DNA of 64,000 nt from a virus (lineage: Duplodnaviria > Caudoviricetes): positions 64,001 through 128,000 of IMG/VR virus record IMGVR_UViG_2922690425_000004; one strand, 5' to 3'. The position numbers and the translations under genes were made by a program. The notes under the pieces were generated by a model that saw only the letters and a program-made list of their open reading frames with translations, did no database searches and was not told where the DNA came from. Position 1 is the stretch's first letter. The number at the start of each line of letters is the position of its first letter. Below, piece after piece: positions 29,153 through 38,632 of this stretch.

Positions 29153-30154
29153 ATGTCAACATTAGATATTTTTAATCCACAAGTTTCAGTAGTTGCAAGA
29201 GGGCTAGAAGGCAAAATCATCACAATTTATGGTAGTAACAACTTGGGCAAAACTAAGCAAGCTACACGTTTTAAGAAACCTTTTTACCTAGGATTTGAAA
29301 AAGGACTCAATGCAATTGCTGGTGTTCCATTTGCTCCAATCAACAACTGGAGCGACTTTAAAAAGGTAAATAAACAATTAACTCACAAATCCACGGTAAG
29401 TAAAGCGCGAGAAGTATACCAGACTATTATCTTTGATGAAGTTGAAGCATCAGCTCGTTACTGCGCTAAGTATATTTGCGATAAATATGATTCAGATACA
29501 ATTGCATCTGGACGAGATGGGTTTGGTCTTTGGAAAGAGTATGAGACAGCATACTGGGAAGAGATTGATAAGTTGATTGGAGCAGGATTCACAGTTGTTT
29601 TCATTGCCCACCAAACTGAGGATAAAGAAGGAAAGTTCTGGCCTAAAGGTGACAAGAGAGCACTTGCTCCAGTTATCGACAATAGTGATATCGTGGTTTA
29701 CCTTCGTTCCAATGGGACTGATGAAAAAAACCAAGTAATTAAATCTTCTGCTTTCCTTGCTGAAACAGATAAATTCTTTGCTCGTAGCCGCTTTGATTAC
29801 ATCCAAACTGGGCTAAGAGAATTTACTGCTGAAGCATTGGAAGAAGCTATTATCAAAGCAATCGAAAAACAAGAAGAAGTAGAAGGAATTAAGGCTGTTA
29901 CTTATGAGGAGCAAAAAGAGACGCTTAAATCCCAAGATCTGAACTTTGAAGAGTTGAAGACAAATATCATTGCTGCGGGTAGATTTCTGCATGAATGTGG
30001 CAAAGGAGATACAGTTACAGATATCATCGAGAATGGACTTGGAAAAGGTAAAAAGGTTACCGACTTTACAAAGAACCATGTTGAGATGATGGTTGGTGTA
30101 TTGGATGAATTGAATGACGCTGTGCGAGAATTTAAAGAGTCACAGCCGGAATAG
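29153..30154 (+). CDS. AAA_24/Sak4-like ATPase (SPbeta YorG-like)
   Basis: IYGSNNLGKT Walker A, FEKG, TIIFDE Walker B, VVFIAH. Confidence 0.82.
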   Translation: MSTLDIFNPQVSVVARGLEGKIITIYGSNNLGKTKQATRFKKPFYLGFEKGLNAIAGVPFAPINNWSDFKKVNKQLTHKSTVSKAREVYQTIIFDEVEASARYCAKYICDKYDSDTIASGRDGFGLWKEYETAYWEEIDKLIGAGFTVVFIAHQTEDKEGKFWPKGDKRALAPVIDNSDIVVYLRSNGTDEKNQVIKSSAFLAETDKFFARSRFDYIQTGLREFTAEALEEAIIKAIEKQEEVEGIKAVTYEEQKETLKSQDLNFEELKTNIIAAGRFLHECGKGDTVTDIIENGLGKGKKVTDFTKNHVEMMVGVLDELNDAVREFKESQPE

Positions 30155-30238
30155 AATAACACAGTAAAAGACAGAGTTTATCAGAAAATAGCCTCACTAT
30201 AGAAGTGGGGCTTCATACTAAAACAGGAGCGTGATACG

Positions 30239-30745
30239 TTGGGTGAGCTAATCCTCTCTCTGCTATTGGCGCTATCAGTTTGCAACAACACTGAAGCACA
30301 AAGTGTCAATCAAGTACGAGAAATGAAAAACACGACCATTAAGCAAGAAGTAAAGGTTGCTAAGTTGGGTAAGATTGAACAAGTGAAAAATAAGAAAGAT
30401 ACATACAAATGGGATCGCTTTGAGTTAACAGCCTACACCAATAATCAAGGTAGAAGTGTACACAGCAAAGACTATGGAAGAACTGCTTCAGGTAAAATGA
30501 CAAAGGCTGGTGAAACAATAGCTGCTGACTGGAGGGTACTGCCTAAGGGGACAGTGGTTTATATAGATGGTGTAGGTAGAAGAGTAGTACAGGATAAAGG
30601 TGGAGCAATTAAGGGTCACAAAATTGATGTGTATGTCAGAACAGAAAATGAAGCAAGACAATTTGGTAGAAAGAAACATGTAAAAGTACGAGTGATTAAG
30701 TGGGGAGAGAATAAAGATCGAAAACAATCAGGAACAGCGAATTGA
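30239..30745 (+). CDS. Secreted 3D-domain protein (cell-wall lytic transglycosylase-like)
   Basis: TAYT..TASG..IAAD..LP.GT..QDKGGAIKG.KIDVY; signal peptide. Confidence 0.88.
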   Translation: MGELILSLLLALSVCNNTEAQSVNQVREMKNTTIKQEVKVAKLGKIEQVKNKKDTYKWDRFELTAYTNNQGRSVHSKDYGRTASGKMTKAGETIAADWRVLPKGTVVYIDGVGRRVVQDKGGAIKGHKIDVYVRTENEARQFGRKKHVKVRVIKWGENKDRKQSGTAN

Positions 30746-31007
30746 GAAAATTTGTGGTGAGGTTGAGTCACTTCTAAAAAGAAAGAATCATGATTACGGA
30801 AATTCTTTTAGTATCCAGTTTGAGAAATATGGAATTTTAAGTGCGCTAATCCGCATGGACGATAAAATGAGAAGACTTGAAAACTTGGTTCAAGGAAGTA
30901 AGGCCAAGGTTGAAGAATCAATTGAAGATACATTACTTGATCAAATTGGTTATGGAATACTCGCTTTAGTTGAATTAAGAAAACAGAAAGAGGGATTGAA
31001 TGGCTAA
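30711..31007 (+). CDS. DUF1599/nucleotide-modification-associated domain protein (ATA start, not in ORF track)
   Basis: KNHDYGNSF..G..S..IR..DK..RL..ESIEDTLLD..GY. Confidence 0.78.
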   Translation: MKIENNQEQRIEKICGEVESLLKRKNHDYGNSFSIQFEKYGILSALIRMDDKMRRLENLVQGSKAKVEESIEDTLLDQIGYGILALVELRKQKEGLNG

Positions 31008-31536
31008 GAAAGTATTAGCTGTCGATCAGGACAATGTTATTGCCGACCTGCTCAGTGAGTGGGTACGGCGTTACAATCTTGATTACAATGATGATTTACA
31101 CCCAGATCAAATTAACGCTTGGAATTGGCATCATCTATGCAAAGAAGAATGTGGGGATAAAATATATAAGTATCTTGATGAACCTGACTTCTTTTATAGC
31201 CTGCCCGTAATGGAGGGATGCCAAGAAGTACTGAAAGAATTGAACTACAATTATGACATCTACATTGTGACAGCTCCATTCAACTTGAACAATGTTGTGC
31301 CTAAATATAAATGGCTGGTAAAGCACTTCCCTTTTTTAGATGAAAATAAATTTGTATTTACAAGGGACAAATCTATAATAGCAGCCAATTATTTAATTGA
31401 CGATAAACCTAAAAATTTAGAGAATTTCAAAGGGAATAAGATTCTGTATAATGCACCACACAATCTTGATGAGAAGCGATTTTTTCGAGTAAACAACTGG
31501 AATGAAGTAAGAGAAATTTTGTTGGATTGGAAGTGA
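31000..31536 (+). CDS. 5'(3')-deoxyribonucleotidase (NT5C, HAD family)
   Basis: VDQDNVIAD, K..WL..HFPF, LIDD, APHN. Confidence 0.9.
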   Translation: MAKKVLAVDQDNVIADLLSEWVRRYNLDYNDDLHPDQINAWNWHHLCKEECGDKIYKYLDEPDFFYSLPVMEGCQEVLKELNYNYDIYIVTAPFNLNNVVPKYKWLVKHFPFLDENKFVFTRDKSIIAANYLIDDKPKNLENFKGNKILYNAPHNLDEKRFFRVNNWNEVREILLDWK

Positions 31537-31680
31537 TAAAGTGTTGCCATTTAACTTTGAACGATTATTCGAATTATATAATTACTTAGAAATTGATGAT
31601 ATTGATTATGGAGAGCTTCAGGAGTTACGCGATAAGATTTACGACTTAAAACAAATTGTTGAAGATAAAATGGATGTATA

Positions 31681-31869
31681 TTGATGAACAGAACTAAGAC
31701 GATTAAATACATAAATGAAAATTGCGTTGATGAGATGGTCAAGCAAGTAAAAGTTAAAGGATCAAATATTAATCAGGTTATTGAAGCAGCCAAGGAGTCA
31801 AGGACTCAGTATGGGTTAAAGGTGCAGGAATTTATCGAACAACTAGATGAGGTAGAGAGCGATGTTTAA
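31681..31869 (+). CDS. Hypothetical protein
   Basis: Short ORF overlapping next gene. Confidence 0.5.
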   Translation: MMNRTKTIKYINENCVDEMVKQVKVKGSNINQVIEAAKESRTQYGLKVQEFIEQLDEVESDV

Positions 31870-32059
31870 GTGGATAGCATATGGCTTAACTATGCCTAAG
31901 GATATTCTTTTTATCGACAAAAATAATGACGATATGTGGGCATCACATGATAAAGCTTTAGAACATCTAAAAGATAATCGTATAGAATTTGATACTTTGA
32001 GTAATTATGACCCAAAGATAGACGTGGACATTGACCTGATGTTGGTAATAGAAATTTAG
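31862..32059 (+). CDS. Hypothetical protein
   Basis: Ends immediately before site 32060. Confidence 0.6.
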   Translation: MFKWIAYGLTMPKDILFIDKNNDDMWASHDKALEHLKDNRIEFDTLSNYDPKIDVDIDLMLVIEI

Positions 32060-32087
32060 TAAAACCTGTATTTTACAAGGAGGATAA

Positions 32088-32444
32088 ATGGAACAGATTC
32101 AATCTCATGAAGTTAAAGATATTTGGCGAATTAGAGAAGGACTATTAGTAGAAATTCATAAATATAAGTCTCTTGGATATCACATACACAGCAAGAAAGA
32201 AGAAAAGCGTGTGAAAGGCTGTAAAGGACTGACTGAACTAACAAAGGAATATACCGATTCTTATTATCAAAAGACTTTTCCTAAAGGAACATTGTTTTAT
32301 CATGGTTCACCAGTTGAGCCAGTAACTGATCCACAGCAATTTAAAATTGAGATTAAATCGAGTGGTGGTTCAATTTGGGGGTCAATCAATGAAGTTAATG
32401 TGGCACTTAAAGACATCAATACATTGGTCGGCAAATACCAATGA
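32088..32444 (+). CDS. Hypothetical protein
   Basis: AGGAGG RBS; between sites 32060 and 32442. Confidence 0.75.
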   Translation: MEQIQSHEVKDIWRIREGLLVEIHKYKSLGYHIHSKKEEKRVKGCKGLTELTKEYTDSYYQKTFPKGTLFYHGSPVEPVTDPQQFKIEIKSSGGSIWGSINEVNVALKDINTLVGKYQ

Positions 32445-32478
32445 AAATTGAATTTGATCGGGGAACGAGGAGGTAATC

Positions 32479-32712
32479 ATGGAAGAGTTCATAAAATTTT
32501 ATGATTCAATAAAAAAGTATCATAAAAGTTGGACGCTAGAAGTATATCATTCAGACGTTCTAGATTGGTGTATTTCTGTGGGATACAGAATCGGTCATCC
32601 ATGGCATGGGCGAACTATAATCCATGTTCAAAGCAATGATATTGAATTGGCTTTCGCAAAGGCCCAAGTGGAACTAAAAGAGTGGCTGTTGGAGAAGGAC
32701 GGAGGATACTGA
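32479..32712 (+). CDS. Hypothetical protein
   Basis: AGGAGG RBS. Confidence 0.75.
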   Translation: MEEFIKFYDSIKKYHKSWTLEVYHSDVLDWCISVGYRIGHPWHGRTIIHVQSNDIELAFAKAQVELKEWLLEKDGGY

Positions 32713-32779
32713 GCTTTTATTTATTCTAAGGAAATGTAGGACTATAAAATAAAGATTTGATGATAAAGTATGTACACTA

Positions 32780-32830
32780 TATGAATAGTAGGCTCAGGTA
32801 AATAGAAAAATATAGAGCCTACTATTCATA
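32780..32830 (-). terminator. 16-bp inverted repeat terminating the inverted moron
   Basis: TATGAATAGTAGGCTC..GAGCCTACTATTCATA. Confidence 0.6.
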
Positions 32831-32847
32831 AAATTAATTAACTAAAC

Positions 32848-33165
32848 TTATCGATTTACCCATCCTGCATAAGTGACTGTCCAAGTGTAACCTGTTTGTC
32901 CATCGACAGAACGCAAAGGTATGGTGCCCGTCCAACCATCTTGATTGTACCCATAATACATAGGCAAACTAGACATATCAGGAAAAGATGATTTCGGTAA
33001 AACCTCTTGATGAGTGACATATTTAGTTTCAAAAGGTGTTATTGATGAAATTTTACTTGAGTTAGTATTAGTGGTTTGTGTGGTAGCACTAGCCGCAAAA
33101 GATGTTGATCCAAGTGTGAAACAAGCAACAACAGTCAACAGACTAACTAATAGTTTCTTTTTCAT
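32848..33165 (-). CDS. Small secreted protein (signal peptide, aromatic beta-rich C-terminus)
   Basis: MKKKLLVSLL...SFA signal; YNQDGWTGTIPL...YAGWV. Confidence 0.75.
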   Translation of the reverse strand: MKKKLLVSLLTVVACFTLGSTSFAASATTQTTNTNSSKISSITPFETKYVTHQEVLPKSSFPDMSSLPMYYGYNQDGWTGTIPLRSVDGQTGYTWTVTYAGWVNR

Positions 33166-33326
33166 CTTTATCATCCTTTCATATTTGGAATACACATTTA
33201 TCATAGTGGATGTTTTACCATAAGTAAACAATAAAATGAATTAATTGTAAATGATGATGAACATAATGTGAACATCATATTAAATTTAATTAAAATTGAT
33301 ATTTCATTAGGAAAGGAGAGATTTAT

Positions 33327-33518
33327 CTGAGCGTTCAAAGCGCAAAACATTTTATTGAGCAGCAGTTAGACTACTACGAAAACTTTATTCCTGATTTAGA
33401 GAGAGAAAAGGAAGATTTGGGGCATAAGTTGGAGTTAGTTCAAAGTCGAATTGAAATTTACAAAGAAAAGTTCTCTGATTATAGAACAATATTAGATCAA
33501 TTAAAAAGCGATGTGTAA
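33327..33518 (+). CDS. Coiled-coil hypothetical protein (CTG start, not in ORF track)
   Basis: AAAGGAG RBS; fills interval between sites 33291 and 33520. Confidence 0.55.
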   Translation: MSVQSAKHFIEQQLDYYENFIPDLEREKEDLGHKLELVQSRIEIYKEKFSDYRTILDQLKSDV

Positions 33519-33549
33519 ATAAAATCGATCATTTATCAAGAAGTAGATA

Positions 33550-33978
33550 ATGAAAATAAAAATACTTGAATGTTCATCAAAAGGAGATAAACGATTTTCC
33601 GCTTTTTATGCGAAAGTAAGGGCATGGGGTAGGTTTAATTCAATAGAAAATCACTATCAGATGTGTAAGAGATTTGGGGATTATAAACCATCAAACTGGA
33701 AAGATGCAAAGGGAAAACAACCTACACACATTGAGTTGAACGGAAAACAATACGATCTTAATTATTTGTCACAATGGTACAAAATGCTTTGGGTAAATTA
33801 TTTAGATAACCATCCTGATTTGGTAAGGTATGCAGAAGAGTTTGATGATTTTAATGACATTTTCAAAGGTAAAAGCTTGAACTGTCAAGCAGACGTAATT
33901 AGACAATACATAAAGCAAGGCAGACAATCTTTGGTAGACGAATATCAAGAACTAATGGATTTATTTAGATCGAAGTAA
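33550..33978 (+). CDS. NADAR-like phage protein
   Basis: LECSSKGDKRFSAFYA..SIE..YQ..K...Y..LW..YL..HP.L..F.D.F..CQA. Confidence 0.5.
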   Translation: MKIKILECSSKGDKRFSAFYAKVRAWGRFNSIENHYQMCKRFGDYKPSNWKDAKGKQPTHIELNGKQYDLNYLSQWYKMLWVNYLDNHPDLVRYAEEFDDFNDIFKGKSLNCQADVIRQYIKQGRQSLVDEYQELMDLFRSK

Positions 33979-34064
33979 AATCAGCATTTCACTATGTTAA
34001 AACAATTTAGTATTTACATAATATTATTATAATACTATAATGATCTCAAAAGGAGGTTGTTACA

Positions 34065-34733
34065 GTGATAATAAAATTTCACAATCTTTTGAAAAAGTAC
34101 AGAAATGAACATGGTATAAGCAGAAGAGCATTTTCCGAAAAAGTAGGTCTTCATGAATCCACTATTCAAAAGTATGAAAATCTAGAGATTGCTGTTTCAA
34201 AAAGTAACGCACTGTATCTTGGAAAAAATATGGGGATGAGTGAATATAATATACTCATATCGCTTGATGATCCTCCTGTGATAGGAGTAGATATTTCAGG
34301 CTCATTAATCTCAGATGAAAAAATGCAAGAAGAGCTTCGTTTAAATTACACAATATCTGCACTAGGATCTCTTTATAACATTCTTTCAAAAAATGATGTG
34401 TTAATTGATTTAGAAATAGATACGGGAATAAATAAGACAAGACTAAATGAGGTTAAAGAAAGTTGTTTTGAAAGTATACCAGTAACTATGTTTGAAGCCA
34501 CGGCTATTTGTAAGGCTCTGGATCGAAGGTTCAGCGAGTTGTTTGCCGTGGTTGCCAATGATTATTTCAATGACATTAAAGCTATAGATATAGCACACTC
34601 ACTTCAACAATTTATACAAAAGCAAAAAGAGCTGGTATTTGTTTGGGACAAAGTAGATGTTAGTGTAACGGAGAAAGAATCAGCTTTGCTTAGAGAAATG
34701 CTAAAAACGATAAGGAAACTTGATTTTAAATGA
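34065..34733 (+). CDS. XRE-family HTH regulator with second HTH-like region
   Basis: LKKYRNEHGISRRAFSEKVGLHESTIQKYEN. Confidence 0.8.
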   Translation: MIIKFHNLLKKYRNEHGISRRAFSEKVGLHESTIQKYENLEIAVSKSNALYLGKNMGMSEYNILISLDDPPVIGVDISGSLISDEKMQEELRLNYTISALGSLYNILSKNDVLIDLEIDTGINKTRLNEVKESCFESIPVTMFEATAICKALDRRFSELFAVVANDYFNDIKAIDIAHSLQQFIQKQKELVFVWDKVDVSVTEKESALLREMLKTIRKLDFK

Positions 34734-35037
34734 ATTGTACAAATGGGGGGATTATTTCCCCCCATCAGATAATGACAGAGGAGGCACAATGAAGATTTAT
34801 CACACACAAACCGCAAAAAATAAGCAATACAAGTACCATATTTTGAGTGATATTGGTGAACATGTATATCATTCACTATGCAACTCTGGGAGCTTTTGGG
34901 TAGGTGGGTATCATAATGATAAGCCAGCAATTAAGCCTATTTTAATTGATTTTGATAATAATTATGCCAATAAACTATGTCCTTCTTGTGTATTACAAGC
35001 GTATAAAAACGGAATGATTGGAATCTATGAAAGGTAA
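34720..35037 (+). CDS. Hypothetical protein
   Basis: GAGGAGG RBS before internal MKIYH. Confidence 0.6.
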   Translation: MILNELYKWGDYFPPSDNDRGGTMKIYHTQTAKNKQYKYHILSDIGEHVYHSLCNSGSFWVGGYHNDKPAIKPILIDFDNNYANKLCPSCVLQAYKNGMIGIYER

Positions 35038-35046
35038 GGTGAATAA

Positions 35047-35316
35047 ATGGCTACAGCAGAAGAGCGTGAAACTGTATGTGTGTGTAATGATGAAACAAAT
35101 GAGTGGGAAGTGTACAGTTGTTCCCCTAAAACAATCACAAAAATCAAAAAAGCTGGTTTGGAGCTGCTTCGAGTTGATGCAGATGGTGGTCATTACTTCA
35201 AGGGTGACTATGGGCAGGTATCATTGCGTGCTAAGAGTAGTGGTCGCAACTGGACACCCGAACAGAGACAGGCTGCTGCTGATAGAATGAGAGCAATAGC
35301 AACTAAAAATACGTAA
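35047..35316 (+). CDS. Hypothetical phage protein
   Basis: AAGGTG RBS; EERET..W.VYS. Confidence 0.75.
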   Translation: MATAEERETVCVCNDETNEWEVYSCSPKTITKIKKAGLELLRVDADGGHYFKGDYGQVSLRAKSSGRNWTPEQRQAAADRMRAIATKNT

Positions 35317-35327
35317 GAAGTGGTTTA

Positions 35328-35948
35328 ATGAAAATAAATCAACAGTTTCAATGTGAGAAATGTGAAGAGGTTTTTACAGATGAGGGCAATTGCGCCAACC
35401 ACGAAGCAAATTGTTGTCCAGAAGAGACAAGATGGTGCTATAAATGTGGTAAAACAGAAACTTGGAATGAAAAAGATGATTGGGCATTTAGTTATCAAGA
35501 GCAATGGCACACAATCAATCTTGGAAGAGTGGGATATGGTAGTTCATTAGATGCATGCGATGTTGAATTTACAATTTGTGATGATTGTTTGTATGGATTT
35601 ATAGATACATTTACGATAGAAGGACAAGAAAAAATACATAATAGTGGTTCGAATGGTGATTTACCAACAGATATTTGGATTCGCGAAGCAAGAGGCGAAT
35701 TGAGTGATGAAGAGTATGAAGATTATGGTATGTATTCCCCTCGTCAAATTAAAGCTTACAAAGAAAGATTTCCTATATGTGAAAAGGTAATAATTTATGA
35801 ATATGAGGATGGAAGCAGGGGGAGTCATTGTTGTAACTTTACCTTTGGAGACAGAGAAGGTAAGGCCGACCGTAATGGACACTCCAAGTGTTTTGATTGT
35901 GTTTCTTTTAAAGAAAGAACTGGGGAAATAGAAATTGAAAAAGCATAA
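35328..35948 (+). CDS. Cys-rich zinc-finger protein
   Basis: CEKC..C..HE..C, CYKCG, GYGS.LD..ICDDC. Confidence 0.7.
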   Translation: MKINQQFQCEKCEEVFTDEGNCANHEANCCPEETRWCYKCGKTETWNEKDDWAFSYQEQWHTINLGRVGYGSSLDACDVEFTICDDCLYGFIDTFTIEGQEKIHNSGSNGDLPTDIWIREARGELSDEEYEDYGMYSPRQIKAYKERFPICEKVIIYEYEDGSRGSHCCNFTFGDREGKADRNGHSKCFDCVSFKERTGEIEIEKA

Positions 35949-35989
35949 AGATTATCAAATAAGAATTTTACATAGAAGGGAATTAAATT

Positions 35990-36670
35990 TTGAGTAAAAA
36001 GTTAAAAACTATTATGGGTGACGAATTTGGAATTACTGCACTTGATGGTATACCAGTAGTAAGTAGTAGAAAAGTTGGAGAAATATTTGTAAAACGACAC
36101 GATCATGTACTCAGAGATATTGCAAACATTCAAAGTTCACTCCCCAAAATTGGGGAGTCAGATTGGGACATTAATTTTATAAAATCGTCCTATAAAAATG
36201 ATCGAGGAAAAGAGTATCCAGAGTTTTTGTTGACTGAAAATGGATTCACACTTTTGGCAATGGGATTTACAGGTGAAAATGCAATTAAATTTAAAATAAA
36301 ATACATAGAGAAATTCAACGAAATGAAAAAGTTCATTCAAGAGCGACAACTGGCACGAATTGAATATCCAGCATTAACAACGATGATTAAAATGTCTCAC
36401 GAAAATCCAAATCCGTTTCATTACAGTAATGAGGCAGACATGATAAATAAGATAGTACTCGGGATGACTTCAAAAAAATTCAAAGAGAAACATAGTCTAA
36501 AGAAACATCAAGGAATCAGAGATTTTATGAGTCATCAGCAAGTGGAAGCGATTGTTAAATTACAACAAGTAGATGTTGGACTAGTAGCATCAATTAAAGA
36601 TATTTCTGGACGAAAAAAAATATTAGAGGACTATTATTATAGAATCTACGGGAAGCTATCCTTGATTTAA
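35990..36670 (+). CDS. Rha-family phage regulatory protein
   Basis: SSR.V...F.KRHDHVLRDI, GFTLLAMGFTG..A.KFK..YI..FN.M. Confidence 0.9.
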   Translation: MSKKLKTIMGDEFGITALDGIPVVSSRKVGEIFVKRHDHVLRDIANIQSSLPKIGESDWDINFIKSSYKNDRGKEYPEFLLTENGFTLLAMGFTGENAIKFKIKYIEKFNEMKKFIQERQLARIEYPALTTMIKMSHENPNPFHYSNEADMINKIVLGMTSKKFKEKHSLKKHQGIRDFMSHQQVEAIVKLQQVDVGLVASIKDISGRKKILEDYYYRIYGKLSLI

Positions 36671-36708
36671 AATCGCGATTTAATTGAAATTATCTCGTTT
36701 AGAAAAGA

Positions 36709-36915
36709 GTGGATTTATTTTTGATTAACTTTTTGATTGGCTTACTTCTCTTTATTATTGATTTCATTATTGTATTGGGAATCTACTGCGTGATAGGTCT
36801 TTTATGGACAATTGCAGAAAAAGTATTTTATGGCACGATCACACCTAGATGCATTGACGATATTGTTGCTTTTGTTTTAGCCTGCTCTATTTATTTGAAT
36901 CTAGTTAGATTGTAA
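36709..36915 (+). CDS. Small membrane protein
   Basis: Hydrophobic, 68 aa. Confidence 0.6.
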   Translation: MDLFLINFLIGLLLFIIDFIIVLGIYCVIGLLWTIAEKVFYGTITPRCIDDIVAFVLACSIYLNLVRL

Positions 36916-36936
36916 TTTTAGATTAAAAGGAGAGAT

Positions 36937-37377
36937 ATGATGATTCAGAAAATTGAAATTAAAACCCCAAAGTATGAAACTGTACAAGTGGGGGAAGATG
37001 TTGAAACAATGTGGGAGACAAGTGATGGTAAGCAATTCGAAAGTGAAGGCGATGCAGAACGACATGAGTTTTACCAGTGTAAAATTAATCATAGAGGTCA
37101 CAATCTCCCCATACAAGGGCTTGAGTTATTTGATTTTACATGTGTTGAAGATTTAGAAAGATACGAAAAGGACTATTTGTATAATGAACATGTTAAAAAG
37201 TATGATAAAAAATCAATGAGCTTTCCAAATACATATGCAATGTATGAAGAAGATGATCCTACTTTCGATTATGAAGATTATGATGATTACTACAATCGAC
37301 CAGACAAGCATATTTATTTTATGACCCTTGAGGACTATAAAAATAAACTGATAACTGCCGTCAAAAACTTTCGTTGA
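36937..37377 (+). CDS. Hypothetical phage protein
   Basis: AGGAG RBS; W.T.DG..F.....A..HE. Confidence 0.75.
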   Translation: MMIQKIEIKTPKYETVQVGEDVETMWETSDGKQFESEGDAERHEFYQCKINHRGHNLPIQGLELFDFTCVEDLERYEKDYLYNEHVKKYDKKSMSFPNTYAMYEEDDPTFDYEDYDDYYNRPDKHIYFMTLEDYKNKLITAVKNFR

Positions 37378-37452
37378 AGAATCATTGACAATGTAAATTT
37401 AATGTAAAATAGAAATTTCATAAAAAAGAAGAGCAGCCTTACAGACCGCTCC

Positions 37453-37896
37453 CTAGAGAATAGTATGTCTCAGCTCATAGTGACAGCGAATAAGATTATC
37501 GGGGAGGGTATATCCATGAGGAACTCTTGCGAAAAAGTAGAGCAGAGTGTCTGTTTCTTTCTCTGTTAGTTCGTGTGAAATTACGTTAAACACGTTTTCC
37601 ATAAACTTTAGAAACCTCTGATTTGGTGTGGAATTGGGGAACTGATACATGTCATAGGAAGATTCGTGCCAGTTTTTAATGATAAGTTCATCATCTCCAA
37701 ACGATCTTAAATGAAGAGCGGTAATCAAAGCGTCACCTAGAAATATGTTAGCGTTTAATTTCTGGAGCACCTTAAGTACAGTTGACGGTATCTTGATTGC
37801 AGTATTTTTTTTACTATTTAATAAGTAACGCGCGCCGTCAGAAGAATTGATTTTTGATTTATCAAATTCTTTGAGTGGTTTAGGAGAGAGTGCCAT
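37453..37896 (-). CDS. Hypothetical protein, inverted moron between sites 37405 and 37971
   Basis: AAGGTGG RBS, own TATAAT upstream, hairpin downstream. Confidence 0.7.
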   Translation of the reverse strand: MALSPKPLKEFDKSKINSSDGARYLLNSKKNTAIKIPSTVLKVLQKLNANIFLGDALITALHLRSFGDDELIIKNWHESSYDMYQFPNSTPNQRFLKFMENVFNVISHELTEKETDTLLYFFARVPHGYTLPDNLIRCHYELRHTIL

Positions 37897-38130
37897 TTAA
37901 TTGCCACCTTTAGTGAGAGTTAGTATTTATATTATAAACCTTCTCATTAAATAAAGCACAAATAATTGAATAAAAGAGGACTTTTATTGAGTCAAAATTA
38001 AACAACAAAGTTTTGATTCTTTTGAACTTTATCTTTCAAAAAGCTGGAAAAATGGAGCACTCTTCCTAAGTCGAACAAAAACAACAGAGAAAGACCACCT
38101 TATCAAAAAGGTGGTCTAGATTAAAAAATG

Positions 38131-38601
38131 TTACTTGGAAGTTGTAATGTTCACATTCAATGTTCCATCAATTTTTTTAGCATCAACTTTAGCTCCCAAT
38201 ACTTCAGAAACAATTCGCAATGGAACTTGAATGCGAGTTGCCGGACTTTGCGGTGCAACAAGCAAGGTTTTCTTTTCACCATTGACATACGCAGTTTTGC
38301 TACCGACCGCTAATTTAATTACAGTTCCGTCTTTCGATTGGATGGTGACTTGTTGCAAAGCTTTATTCCAATCTGTTACTTTGCCACCTAAATTTTCAGA
38401 AACAAAACGAAGAGGAACAAAAGCTGTATTTGTAGCATTATCAATATACGGAGGCGCATCTGAATTAGTTCCGAAATTAACGGGAACATTGTTTACCTCC
38501 ACATTAATTGTGTAATTATAAGGATGTTTTGTTGCACTGGCTTGTACGCTTAATGCAAGTGAAAAAATAAGAAACACAGAAACCATAAAGAATCTTTTCA
38601 T
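38131..38601 (-). CDS. Copper-amine-oxidase N-terminal (stalk) domain secreted protein
   Basis: Signal peptide; PYI..FVPLRFVSE.LG..V.W; VPLR.VSE.LGA.V. Confidence 0.88.
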   Translation of the reverse strand: MKRFFMVSVFLIFSLALSVQASATKHPYNYTINVEVNNVPVNFGTNSDAPPYIDNATNTAFVPLRFVSENLGGKVTDWNKALQQVTIQSKDGTVIKLAVGSKTAYVNGEKKTLLVAPQSPATRIQVPLRIVSEVLGAKVDAKKIDGTLNVNITTSK

Positions 38602-38632
38602 GATGTCTTTCTCCTTTTAATTCAAAGTACAA

